Assembly (NCBI GenBank): GCA_002269645.1
Contig: NIVC01000691.1
Location: 412,614 to 476,613 of the forward strand
Source of the DNA: Macrostomum lignano
Taxonomy: Eukaryota
DNA: 64,000 bases
Direction: 5' to 3'
Each line of letters opens with the position of its first letter. The first letter of the stretch is position 1. A model generated the notes under the pieces. The model did not search any database. It was not told where the DNA came from and saw only the letters and a list, made by a program, of their open reading frames with translations. Made by a program: the position numbers and the translations under genes. Positions 1 through 12,663 of the stretch are shown here, in pieces.

Positions 1-1920
1 TCCCCCAGTAAGCCTTGACATCTCAGCAATTCCCCCAGTAAGCTTGAGATCTCAGCAATTCCCCCAGTAAGCCTTGACATCTCAGCAATTTAAGCTTGAG
101 ATCTCAGCAATTCCCCCAGTAAGCCTTGACATCTCAGCAATTCCCCCAGTAAGCCTTGACATCTCAGCAATTCCCTCAGTAAGCCTTGACATCTCAGCAA
201 TTCCCCCAGTAGGCTCTGAGATCTCAGCAATTCCCCCAGTAAGCCTTGACATCTCAGCAATTCCCCCAGTAAGCCTTGACGTCTCAGTAGGCATAGAAAT
301 CTTAGCAATTCCCAGTAGGACTTGACATTTTAGCAATTCCAAGAAAGCCTTGACATCTCAGCAATTCTTAGTAGGACTTGACATCTCAGCAGTTTCCCCA
401 TTAAGCCTCGACATTGTAGCAATTCTCCCAGCGCAGTAATTATAGCCTTGAGATCCCAACAACCCAACTCCCCTCTCCCAAGAATTCAGCAATCCCCTTA
501 TAAGCCATGATAACTCAGCTATACCCTCATGAGCTTTGATATCTTAGCAAGTCTTTAATTGATTGTTGACAGCGGTTAATCTATGATTGAACCAAAACTG
601 ACCCTAAGCCCCCAAACCTACCCATAAGTGAGTCTTGGCATGTTAGCAATTTCCACTATGAGCCTTGAGCCTCAGCATTAAAGTAACTTCCTCATAAGGT
701 TTGTAATCTGAATTTCACCGAAAGCCTTGACCTGTCAGCAATTCCCTAAGAGCCAAAGCATATAACTAATTCGCCCCTTTAATCTTTGAAATTCCTTGAT
801 GAATCATTTATGATTGACACGACGATCGCTCTATAATTAAACTCAAATCCTAACCCTTAACCTGCAGCCGAGTCACAGCATTTCAGCAACTCCCCCTCTC
901 AGCCCAAGAATTTCAGCAATTCCCCAATGAGCTTTTGAAATCTTAGCAATTTTCCCATGAGCATGAAACTTTAGCGACTAACCTTTTGATATCTTGGCAC
1001 TTTCACATGAGTCTTATGGTTGAAAACTAACCCTGCCAAGTCACAGCATTTCAGCAATTCCCACCGTAAACCACAGCATTTCAACAAATACCCAATGAAC
1101 CTTGACATTTCGTGAATTTCAGCTATTCGCTTTAGGAGCCTTTGAAATCTCAGTCATTCCCCGTGAACCTTAGCATCTCAGCAATACCCAAGAGTCACAG
1201 CCTACAGCATTACAGGGATCCCCCTGAGCTTTGAAATCTCAGCTATTCCCCAATGAGCCTTGATATCTCAGCAACTCCTATTTGAGCCACAAAATTTCGG
1301 CATTATGAGCAGGTACTGCAATCACAACAATCCCCCTGAGCATTGAGCCACATTATAATTCGGATATCCCCCACGAGCCTTTAAAACTTAGCAATTCCCC
1401 AATGAGTATTTAATGTTAGACAGGCCTATTCATTTATATGGTTTACGTCTTACTCTTACCCTAACAATGTCGGCAATTCCCTCAAGAGCCACAGCATTCC
1501 AGAAATTATTTCCATGAGCCTTGACAGCAAATAATTTTAATGAGCCTTGATACCTCAGAAATTTCTCAAATGGAATTTGAAATCAAAGCAATTCTGCCCA
1601 GAATCACATCAGTATAGGAATTTCCCTCTGAGACTTGACAAGACATCTCAGAATTTCTCTCATGGGCCTTGATCTGGCCCATGGCCCAGTAAGCCTTGAA
1701 ATCTCAATAATTCCCCAGTAAGCCTTGACATCTCAGAAATTCCCTCATTAAGATCGACATCGCAGCAATTGAACTTAAGCTTTGAAATCAAAGCAATTCT
1801 CCCCAGAATCACATCATTATAGCAATTACCGCTGAGCCTTGAGATCTTAGAAATTCTCCCATGAGTCTTGATATCACAGAAATTTTCCATACCAGCCTTG
1901 ACATCTTAGCAATTCACATT
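1..1920. repeat. 30-bp tandem minisatellite decaying into degenerate copies
   Basis: Unit TCCCCCAGTAAGCCTTGACATCTCAGCAAT is near-perfect over ~1-300. Increasingly diverged copies (gagccttga...tcagcaattccc) continue to ~1920. The overlapping ORFs are repeat translations. Confidence 0.9.
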
Positions 1921-2039
1921 GAGTATTTTATTCTCGACAGACCGCTTCTTTTATGGTTGACATGATGATTCTTTTGTCGCTTTTTCTTGTGTTGAGTTTT
2001 CTTCTGTTTAAAGTAGCATTTATTAAAAACTTACAGTGG

Positions 2040-2140
2040 TTTACCATCACTTTAGCAATGGTTTACCATCACTTTAGCGATGGTTCACCAGCAATTTAGC
2101 AATGGTTCACCAGCAGTTTAGCAATGGTTCACCGGCACTG
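2040..2140. repeat. 21-bp tandem repeat (~5 copies)
   Basis: TGGTT(T/C)ACCA(T/G)CA(C/A/G)TTTAGC(A/G)A repeated. Confidence 0.8.
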
Positions 2141-4514
2141 TTCCGCAAAATCTGGGAGCAGATGGCTACTGATCTCCATATGCTTCTCAATAATCGAAAC
2201 CATTTGAAATGTTTGCAACTTGCAGTTTAAAATTGATTTGCAATTCTCTTGCATATTTATTATTTCATTGTACGTCAGATTAGCACTGCTCACCCAGATT
2301 AGACCCTTTGCAAATTAGCACTTACAGCAGATTAGCACTGCTCTAGAAGACTAACGCAGCCCCAGCAAAAGTATCTTTAAATTTAAGTGTTTAACATCTC
2401 CATGAATCTGCATAGGATGCAATCATTATTGTCACAGGTCACAAAGATAAATTCGCTGCTTCAATGCAGGCTCGAACTGCTGACATCAAAGCATTCTGTT
2501 TGCTTCTGCTTGATACTGCCTGCCTACTGCGGCTATTGTGCCTATTGACATGTGGTCGAAATAATCTAGTTTAGCAACTTCAGCCGTTTGAAGTTAACCC
2601 CCGGAAATCGGCATTTATCCCCACAACAACCTGAAATTATCCCTTCATCTAATCCCGCAAAAAGACTGCAGTTATTTCTTAGCAGCCGGCATTTATCATC
2701 CACTTTGCATTTTAAAACTTTTATTAAAATTAAGAATGCATACCCTCAGCGGCATAGAATTGTCCCCTTAGCCAAAAATATTTCACTTAGCAGCCGCAGA
2801 AATCCCCTAAACAACTTGTACTTAATCTTCCACAGTAAATATCCACTCAAAACTCAATAGTTAGTTATAAGCCTCAGAAGTCTGCCATTATCCTCTAATT
2901 AGTCCGCAGTTTTCCCTCTCAGCAGTCTGCAGCTATACGCTCATACGTCTGGAGGAACTACCTCAGCAGTTTGCAGTTGTTTCCCCTTTGCAATCTGCAA
3001 TGATCCCTTCGACAGTCTGCAGTTCCCCTCAGCAGTTTGCAGTCATTTCATTTTCAGTCTACAACTGTACCATTAACGATTTTCATTTATTCTCTCAGCA
3101 GCCTGCAGTTCTCCTCTCGGCCGGCTCCTCAGTCTCCTCTGCAAACTGAAATTTGCTCAGAATTGTACGGCTCACTAATCAATTTTCGATACATATCGGC
3201 AGTCTTGAAAAGCTCAGCATTTAGCAGCATTGTCTGCAGTTTAGTAATTTCGTACTTTTATGGAGCTAGACAATACCCATTGATGGGATCAGTTATACTC
3301 GAAGCAGTTTTTACAAATCAAATTTGATTAGTGGCTTGTGCCGAGTAGCAAAAAATGAATTGCTAATTAATAAAAAAATGTTTCAATTGAAATTAAATAA
3401 AAAATGTTTCAATTAGTCCAGGCACAAGCTATAAATTATTGAATTATTTGAATTTTTATTATCCGCCAGGGAGGCAGACTCGAACCTTGGACCTTACGTC
3501 TAGCCTAAACCTAGTCCTAAGTGCGGCTAAGTCCTACACTGCGGCTACTCCGCCTATTGATGGGAGGACAACAAAATCAGCCATATATGCTTCAGAACTG
3601 CAGTTAAAATACATAGCAGTGATAGGCTGCTCAGCGTGTAGGCGTGCAGGCGGAGCCAATGCACAGTTGATTGAGTGAAATCTAGCAATTTTCTATGGAG
3701 TCCGCCAGTCAGAGCCAGGGTCAGAATGTACACACGCAGCCACTGAGCATTTTTTCTCCTTGCACACTGCAACCAGTATTGAAGCTTACACAGTGGAGAG
3801 AGAAAAGTTATGGCGCAATCATAATTGGAATTGGAATTCAGCCAGTCCAGTCAAGAATTCAAGCTAGTTTGCCCTACCATTAAAAGCATTGGGAAAACTC
3901 GTTTTTCGAATATTTGATACCTTTAGCATTAAAGCCAATTAAAGAAATTTTAACTGTCTTCTTTCCAGATAATTACAAATCTTTTCGTGGAAACGCGATT
4001 AAAATTGGTCAATTGGTTCTATCTCTAGAACGTTATGCAAATACTAACACAAATTCTCTTCGAGTGAAAGTCACACGAAGCAGCTATGACATAATCAAAT
4101 ACTCAGGCAGTCAGCATCAGTCTCATTTAAAGTTAGCAATATGGTTACGCAATTTCTGTCTTTCAACTTGGCACAGTGTTTTCAACTTGTTGTGATGCAA
4201 TCTTTATCAAAATCAGAATTCAGTCAGTCGGTTTTTTCTCTAGCATTCTTACAGCGCATTTCAAGTCGAAAGAGCTGCTTGACCTTTGCAAAAAAGCATG
4301 TTTTTCGAATATTTAATCCCTTTAGCATTGAAGCAGATACAAGAAATTTTAACCATACAATCCCAGGCTGATTACAAATCTTTTGGCGAAAACGCGATGT
4401 AAATCGGTGAAGAATTGCAATCTCTAGAGCGTTATGGACAAGCAAGCAAGCAAGCAAGCAAGCATACAAATATTAGAGATTTAGTATATGTAGAAGATTT
4501 AGTATATTTAGAAG

Positions 4515-5010
4515 ATAAGCCAAGGATTATTGCACTTGATAAACCAAGGATATTGCACTTGATAAGCCAAGGATTATTGAACTTGATAAGCCAAGGATTA
4601 CTGCACTTAATAAACCAAAGATTATTGCACTTGATAAGCCAAGGACTATTGCACTTGATAAACCAAGGATATTGCACTTGATAAGCCAAGGATTATTGAA
4701 CTTGATAAGCCAAGGATTACTGCACTTAATAAACCAAAGATTATTGCACTTGATAAGCCAAGGACTATTGCACTTGATAAACCAAGGATATTGCACTTGA
4801 TAAGCCAAGGATTATCGAACTTGATAAGCCAAGGATTACTGCACTTAATAAACCAAAGATTATTGCACTTGATAAACCAAGGATTACTGCGCTTGATAAG
4901 CCATGTATTATTGCACTTGATAGTAAAGAATATTGCACTTGATAAGCCAAGGATTATTGCGCTTTGATAATAAGGAATATTGCACTAGATTAGAAAGGGC
5001 TATTGCACTA
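4515..5010. repeat. ~21-bp minisatellite, array 1
   Basis: Unit ~ATAA(G/A)CCAAGGATTA(T/C)TGCACTTG with shorter variants. Confidence 0.9.
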
Positions 5011-5179
5011 TCCCAGACATCGATTTTTGGACTTGATGAGTAAAGGATTATTGCACTTAGCTGAGAAGCTGACTATTGCGCTGTCTAAAAAAGAGACTAT
5101 TGCGCTCGCTGAGATGTGGATTGTTGCACAACCTGAGAAAGCGATTATTGCTTTAGTGGAGGTAACATTTGCACTAGCT

Positions 5180-6000
5180 ACTTGCTGTCTCGTGGATGCT
5201 TGCTATCTGGAGGATGCTTGCTCTCGAGGGGGGATACCTGCTATTTGGGAGGGTGGGGGTATACTGGCTACATGTATGGGATTCTTTCTATCTAGGGATG
5301 CTTGCTATTTAGGGATTCTTGCTATCTGCAGGATGCTTGCTATCTGGGTGGATGCTTTTATAATATCTTGGGGTGCTTGCTATCTGCAGGATGCTTCTAT
5401 AATATCTGGGGGTGCTTGCTTTCTGCAGGATGCTTGCTATCTGGGTGGATGCTTCTATCTGGGGGGGTGCTTGCTATCTGGGTGGATGCTTCTATCTGGG
5501 GGGGGGTGCTTGCTATTTGGGTGGATGCTTCAACAATATCTGGGGGATGCTTGCTATCTGCAGGATGCTTGCTATCTGGGTGGATGCTTAAATAATTACT
5601 TGGGGGAGCTTGCTATCTGCAGGATGCTTCTATAATATCTGGGTGGTGCTTGCTATCTGCAGGATGCTTCCAAAATATCTGGGGGGTGCTTGCTATCTGC
5701 AGGATGCTTGCTATCTGGGTGGATGCTTCAACAATATCTGGGGGATGCTTGCTATCTGCAGAATGCTTGCTATCTGGGTGGATGCTTCAACAATATCTGG
5801 GGGATGCTTGCTATCTACAGAATGCTTGCTATCTGGGGGATGCTTGCTGCTGTCTGCAGATGCTTGCTATCTGGGGTGATGCTTGCTATCTGGGGGATGC
5901 TTCCTATCTGCAGATGCTTGCTATCTGCAGATGCTTGCTATCTGCAGATGCTTGCTATGAGCACTAGAGAATGCTTGCTATCTGTGGTTGTTTACTTTTA
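5180..6000. repeat. GATGCTTGCTATCTG-based minisatellite, array 1
   Basis: Repeated GGATGCTTGCTATCTG(C/G) core. The overlapping ORFs are repeat translations. Confidence 0.85.
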
Positions 6001-6244
6001 GAGGGGGGTGCTTGCTGTCTTGGGAATATTTTCTATTTAGGCGAAGCTATATTTTGTTGTCTGTTTGTTAATTTTAGAGAAAAAGTAATTCTTTCACTTT
6101 GCAAACATCTTTGTCCGTGACAATTTTACACGAATAAGGTAATTTTTAAAAGTGAAGAAGGAATTGGTGTTTAAGAAAATGTGCTTTTTTATTGTTTTCC
6201 ATGAACTAATTTTGCTCCTTTCTTATTGGGCGCCCCGAAGGCGC

Positions 6245-6810
6245 TTGATAAGCCAAGGATTACTGCACTTGATAAACCAAGGATTATTGCTCTTAATAAG
6301 CCAAGAATTATCACTTTTAATAAGCCAAGGATTATTGCACTTGGCAAACCAAGAATTACTGCACTTGATAAACCAATGATTACTGCACTTGATAAACCAG
6401 GGATTATTGCTCTTAATAAACCAAGGATTATTGCGCTTGATAAGCCAAGTATGACTGCACTAGATAAACCAAGGAATATTGCACTTGATAAACCCAGAAT
6501 TATTGCTCTTAATAAACCAAGGATTACTGCACTTGAAAAACCAAGGATTACTGCGCTTGGCAAATCAAGGATTATTGCACTTGGCAAACCTAAGATTACT
6601 GCACTCGATAAACCAAGGATTACTGCACTCGATAAACCAAGGATTACTGCACTTGATAAACCAAGGATAACTGCACTTGATAAGCAAATGATTATTGCTC
6701 CTGATAAGCCAAGGATTATTGCACTTGGCAAACCAAGGATTACTGCACTTGATAAACCAAGGATTACTGTACTTGATAAACCAAGGATTACTGCACTTGA
6801 TAAGCTTGGC
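6245..6810. repeat. 21-bp minisatellite, array 2
   Basis: Same unit as 4515-5010; translates as ALDKPRI(T/I) 7-aa repeats. Confidence 0.9.
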
Positions 6811-7210
6811 TACATGTGTGGGATTCTTTCTATCCAGGGATGCTTGCTATTCAGGGATTCTTGCTATCTGCAGGATGCTTGCTATCTGGGTGGATGCTTC
6901 TACAGTATCTGGGGATGCTTGCTATGTGCAGGATGCTTGCTATCTGGGGTGAAGCTTTCTACGTGTATTAAGGGATGCTTGCTATCTGCTGTTGCTTACT
7001 TTTGGAGGGGGGTGCTTGCTATCTGGAGGGATACTTGCTGTCTTGGGAATATTTTCTATTTAGGTGGAATGTCTGTTATCTTTGTGAAAGCTATATTTTG
7101 TTGTCGGTTTGTTAATTTTAGAAAAAAGGAGATTCATAGCAAATATCATTGTCCGTGACAATTTTACATGAATAAGGTGATTTTTAAAAGAAGAAGGAAT
7201 TGTTGTTTAA
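6810..7210. repeat. Second GATGCTTGCTATCTG array plus unique tail duplicated from ~6000-6180
   Basis: 7038-7210 matches 6015-6180 (gtcttgggaatattttctatttagg...gtccgtgacaattttaca...aataaggt). Confidence 0.8.
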
Positions 7211-7694
7211 CGCCAGTGATGCCTCTGCATGATAGGCAACTGTGTTGCCTTTGGGTAACAATATTTTTTGCTGTAGCTGCTTTTCCAGCCATTGCCGAGC
7301 GTACTGCTTCTGCTTACACCGCTACAGAAGTAGTACGCTATTGCTTTGAAAGAAGGCAAGTATGGTTGAATTGTCAGTTTTAAAATTCTACACAAGCATG
7401 TTTTATTAGCACATAAGCCCCAGAATTAAAATGAGAATTCGATTCCTAGCCCCCCCCCTCCCTAAGAATTCTTTTCATTTTAAAGGATTCGTCCCTTGCT
7501 TATTGGCCACCCCGAAGGGGGGGCGCTAGATTGCTAGTTTTTTACTCAATCCTGTCAATTTATAATTATTGAAATCGATTTACATGTAAATGTACCACGT
7601 ACAGTATTAATACTGCATTTACGTGTACATTGCTACATATATGTTAATGAATACAGCTTCAAGTCGTACATTAGCTGCGGTCAGCACACAGCAA

Positions 7695-7911
7695 TGTAGT
7701 GACTGTGCATCAGGCCTAGGTGTTGTAACTAACGTTGAGGCTATAATTGTTCAATTACCTTATATGCATCGTGCGTTCAATTATGGTATCGTTGTTTCGA
7801 TTGCGTAACACTGTTGTCAACGTGCACATGAGTATAAATACGAGCTATATTGAGCGAGACTCAAGTGTCTCCAACTGAATTGAATTTAATAAATCAACTA
7901 AAAACACAACA
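7695..7911 (+). repeat. 5' LTR (217 bp)
   Basis: TGTAGTGACT...AAAACACAACA; about nine substitutions and a ~6-nt indel versus the 3' LTR, counted by eye. Confidence 0.95.
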
Positions 7912-7912
7912 A

Positions 7913-10900
7913 ATGGCGACGAGACTTCCATACCCAGCGGAGTTTCAACCCGTACCAGGAGAACCTCCTGTGCCATGGGCAAGGTGGATTTCGACATTCA
8001 ACAACTTCCTGGTGGCCGAAGACCTCGGAGAGGCATCAGACGGTCGTAAAAAGGCGATTCTTCTGCACCTGCTTGGCGAAGAGGGACGCCGCGGAGCTGC
8101 CAACGTCGATACAACAAAGTCACTTCAGGAGACCCAAGAGCTACTGAAGGGAATCTTCGGCTCGTCGAGAAGCGCCATAGCAGAGCGCTTCGCCTTTCGG
8201 CAGCGAGCCCAGCACGACGGCGAGAACATCAGCGACTACGTGATGGCCTTGAGAGAGCTGGCAACAACCTGCAACTTCGGCACGTTCCACGACGAAATGA
8301 TCAGAGATCAGCTCGTGGAGAAAACCGGTGTACCTCGCATCAGGGAGCGACTTCTGATGGAGGAGGACAGCCTCACGCTGGCAGACGCCATGAAGATTGC
8401 TGGAAGAATTGAAGCAGCAATCAAGGATGCCAAGCAGGTCAGCAGCCAAGACCTTCAGGTGAAAGCGGTGAACAAGAGACCGACTGCTCGTTCTGTCAAG
8501 AAAGCTGCAACGCCAGGTTCGAAGTGCACCCGATGCGGAGGCAATCACGAGAACAAGAGCGAATGCAAAGCGATGGGACAGAAGTGCAGACGATGCGGCA
8601 AGACGAACCATTTCGCGAAAATGTGCCGCAAGAAAGCGGTCTCTGCGATCGACACCAAAGAGACTGCAGAGTCCAGCCTGACGGTCCTGGCCGTGAACAA
8701 CAGGAGCATCGACAACTTATTCTGCGACTGCCACTTGGACGGGCAGATGATCCGACTACAAATCGACTGCGGTGCTGCCGTCTCGTTGCTCAACACGGAG
8801 ACGTTCAAGAAATCCTTCGCTAGGCACCCGCTGCTCCTGACGAGCACAAGACTGGAGGTATACGGCGGATTTGCGATCAAGACCATCGGCAAGGTCGAGC
8901 TTCCAGTGACGTTTAACGACATCAGGACAGAAGCCACATTCTACGTCGCCGACAAAGGAGCGAACATCCTGGGCCGCGACCTGTTTCAGGCCCTCGGATT
9001 CCAAGGCGACAACAGAGTGATGAGCATCAGCGAGACTACGATCGAGCGCGACTTCCCTGGAATCCTCGATGGTCTGGGCCGGTCCAAGAGCTTCATCCAC
9101 CGGACAAAGATCGACGCCTCGGTCAAGCCAGTGTCTCAGCCAATGCGGAAGCTTCCGATCGGCCTGAAGGACGAAGTAACGTCAGAGATCAGCCGGATGG
9201 AGCAACAGGGCATCATTGAGAAGGTCGACGCGTCCGAGTGGGTCAGCAACGTAGTCGTGACGCGTAAGAAGGAGTCCAACAAGGTTCGTCTCTGCGTGGA
9301 TCTGCGGCAGGTCAACAGGGTGGTGATCGCGGACCGCTATCCGGTACCGTCAATCGAGGACCTATCGGCTCGAAGTGCTTCAGCAAGCTGGACCTGCGTC
9401 AAGGCTACCAGCAGATTCCGCTGCATCCAGAATCTCGAGGACTGACGTGCTTCATCACCGATGCCGGCCTGTACCAGTTCACCGTGGTGCCATTCGGGCT
9501 ATCCAGCTCCGGAGCTGCCTTCCAGCGAGCCCTGCAGACGGTGCTTCGAGGAGCTCCAGGCGCCATCAACATTGTGGACGACATCCTGGTGCACGGCAAG
9601 GACGAGACTGAGCACGACAAGAACCTCCGAGAAGTCCTAGGGCGGATTCACCGCGAAGGCTTTACACTCAATCGAGAGAAGTGCAAATTCCAGCAGGCGA
9701 GCGTGGATTTCTTCGGATTGGTCATCTCTGCAGATGGCATCAAACCGACCAAGTCCAACGTCGACGCAATTCTAAGAATTCCTGAGCCAACAACGGTCGC
9801 GCAAATTCAATCGTTCCTCGGCGCAGTGAACTTTTTGCACAAGTTCATACCGCATTACTCAGCGATCGCCGAGCCTCTGAGACAACTGCTCAAAAAGGAC
9901 GCGGACTGGCACTGGGGTGAGCGAGAACGTACAGCCTTCCGTACACTCAAGTCAGCCGTAACCAGCAGCCCAGTGTTAGCTCATTTTGACTGCCAAGCTG
10001 AGACGTACGTCACCTGCGACGAAAGTCTAGACGGACTGGGGGCGGTGCTCAACCAAGTACAAAACGGAAAAGAGGTGCCAATCGCGTTCGCATCGAGAGC
10101 ACACAGCTCAGCGGAAAAGCGATACTCAGCCCGACGAGCCTGCGACTTCAAGTCATCGAGGAAGCCCACGAAGGGCATCCGGGCGTCGTTCGGTCTAAGC
10201 AGCGGTGCCGAGACACGGTCTGGTTTCCTGGAATTGACCGGCAGGTGGAGGACTACGTCAAGAACTGCACGGCCTGCACTCTGGCGGAGAAGTCCGGCAA
10301 GCCTCAACAGACGATCGTGACACCAGTCGAGGGGTCAGCAGGTCCATGGGACAAGATCGAAATCGACATCTTCGGCGAGGTCGCGGCGGCTCCACGGCAT
10401 CAGCGGTTCCTACTGGTGATCCACGACCTGTACAGCAAGTGGCCGGAGATTGCAGCCATGGAAACCGTCACCTCTGCCAACATCATCAAGACGCTTCGGA
10501 AGCTATTCGGCCGGTGGGGAGTCCCAAAGATGCTGATCAGCGACAACGGATCCCAGTTCGTCAGCGACGAGTTCAAAGAGTTCCTGCGAGCCGAGGGCAT
10601 CAAGCACAGCCGAGCGAGCCGGTACTACCCGCAAGGAAACGGCGGAGTCGAGCGATTCAACCGGAGTCTGAAGGAGGGCCTGGCAGCGAACCTGAAGGCG
10701 GGAGCGAAGTTCGAGGACGCCATCGACCTGGTGCTCAAGACCTACAGGACCAGCCAGCACGCTCTCACCGGGCTGACTCCAGCCGAGCTGATGATCGGGC
10801 GCAAGCTGCGGTCCGGGCTGCAGCTGCTCAGGCCGACTCAAGAACAACTGCCGAGCGACGACGACCTGCGCGACAGCATCGCGCAGAGGCAAGCTAAGAA

Positions 10901-10994
10901 CGCCGACTACACCAACAAGCGAAGGCGAGCTCGAGACTCAGCAGTCGAGGCCGGAGACTGGGTCTGGTGGCGCACAAGCTGGCAACCCGACTAA
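7913..10994 (+). pseudogene. gag-pol polyprotein (frameshifted, RNase H partly deleted)
   Basis: Gag Zn knuckles (CTRCGGNH..., CRRCGKTNHFAKMC), protease IDCGAAVSLL, RT (CVDLRQVN; KLDLRQGYQQ in the shifted frame; IVDDIL). RNase H stops at AEKRYS. Integrase HHCC (AHEGHPG...CTAC) and D,D35E (EIDIF, SDNG, VERFN). Breaks at ~9370 and ~10130. Confidence 0.92.
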
Positions 10995-11282
10995 AGGAGC
11001 CGCTCAAGATCGCCTCCCGAGCAGGGCGCAACACCGTGCTGTCCGACGGTACAAAGTGGCACGCGAGCCGCCTGATCAAGTGCAACGACCCGACAGCACC
11101 CAGCGGCGCAGCTGACCGAGCGGGCGAGCTGTTCGAGGCGCTCCTGCTGCCTGAGCCGGTGGCCAGGGCGGCGACGGTGCCGCCACCACCGCCTGGCGAG
11201 CCGCTACCCGAGGCGGCGCTCCGAAGGTCGACTCGAGCTCGACGGCAACCGGCGCGTTATCCTCTTCCGGAAGGGGGGAGAA

Positions 11283-11493
11283 TGTAGTGACTGTGCATCA
11301 GGCCTAGGTGTTGTAACTAACTTTGAGGCTAGAATTGTTCAATTACCTTATCTGCATCGTGCGTTCAATTATGGTATCGTTGTTTTAATTGCGTAACACT
11401 GTTGTCAACGTGCACATGAATATTAAATATATTGAGCAAGACTCAAGTGTCTCCAACTGAATTGAATTTAATCAATCAATTAAAAACACAACA
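11283..11493 (+). repeat. 3' LTR (211 bp)
   Basis: Direct repeat of 7695-7911, preceded by the polypurine tract GGAAGGGGGGAGAA. Confidence 0.95.
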
Positions 11494-12219
11494 AGCATAC
11501 AGTATAAAAAGGATCAATGAGTACATGAACATGTACATTATGCGACTATATACTAAATGGTATATATGGAGAATGTACTTTTGTAAAAAGCGGTTCAAGG
11601 CTAATTTCCTTTCCAATTCCATCCGTGAAAAATTAGCTTCAAATGCGGATTAGCTTCAAGGCTACATTCTAGGCAAAGATTCTATTATTTGATGAGGATG
11701 CACTTTTTTTCCAAATGTCACGCTCACACATGGGCTCCAAACTTGTTGGCCTACTAACAGCAGGCTACGAGCATTTTTTTCCTTTTTTATGTAATTTTCC
11801 TAGAATTCATACTAGTAGGATCTTTGTAGCTATATGATTTTGCCATAATTGTAGTTATAATAACATAGGCGCGGTTTTCGCTACTCTTGGGGTCATAAAT
11901 CATTGCTTTAGAGCTGGTCTCACAGCCACCTGCGCCTCACTCAGTGTTGAGCTGGCTGGCGTCTGAGATGATGCAGGTGGTAGCTTTTTTCTCATTATTT
12001 TTGACAGGCCATCAGATTTATGAGGTCAGGGCCTATGGTTCGTGTTCACTCAAGCGTGCGACAGCTTTGAGAGCTATGCGTTTTTCCCCTAAAAGTACTT
12101 TGGGATTAGCGATTATCGATTTCTCTTCACCATCTTCACTTTCTATTTAATGAGATCTTTCCAATGCATACTTTTTCATTAATTTTTGTAATTCCTACGC
12201 GAAAGGTCATAAATCATAA

Positions 12220-12663
12220 TGTAGCGATTTTGAGTGATTTATGACAGCACCTGGTGTATTTTTATGGCCCCGAGGGAACTAATAGGATCGTTTGGTCACG
12301 TGAGTTTGAGTGGCAACAAGCTCAGCCAATCAGAAAATTCGACGTCAGTTATAAAAAATCGGCTCAGCCAATCAGCGAGGTGTTTCATTATAACAAATTG
12401 CGGTCCAGTTGGCGGCTATATAAACCGATGTTTTTGGCCCGTTCGGACTCAACTTTTTGACGACTTGTCCTGACTTCGTCAGCCTTTTTGGACTCCCGGA
12501 CTCATACCTCTGGAGTCACGACCGTCGTCTCTTGATCCCCGGATTGCGATAATCCCCTCATCATCAAGGACGAATCCCCCGATCAACGGCATCGATCGAC
12601 GAGTTTAAGATTATCACCTGCTAGTTATCAATAAAGACTGCAACATCATCATCCCGGTCTACA
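12220..12663 (+). mobile_element. Possible solo LTR or LTR-like promoter cassette
   Basis: TGTAG...CTACA ends, two AGCCAATCAG boxes, CTATATAAA, downstream AATAAA. No TSD found. Confidence 0.3.

Larger units (their letters stand above)
7695..11493 (+). mobile_element. Ty3/Gypsy LTR retrotransposon, internally deleted
   Basis: LTRs at 7695-7911 and 11283-11493 (TG...CA). PBS TGGCGACGAG at 7914; PPT at 11269-11282. Flanks AGCAA/AGCAT form a 5-bp TSD with 1 mismatch. Domain order is gag-PR-RT-RH-IN. Confidence 0.95.

Noticed and set aside
4415-7158. ORFs of 180-310 aa with LDKPRI or CYL repeats
   Set aside because: Stop-free minisatellite translations with no domain features.
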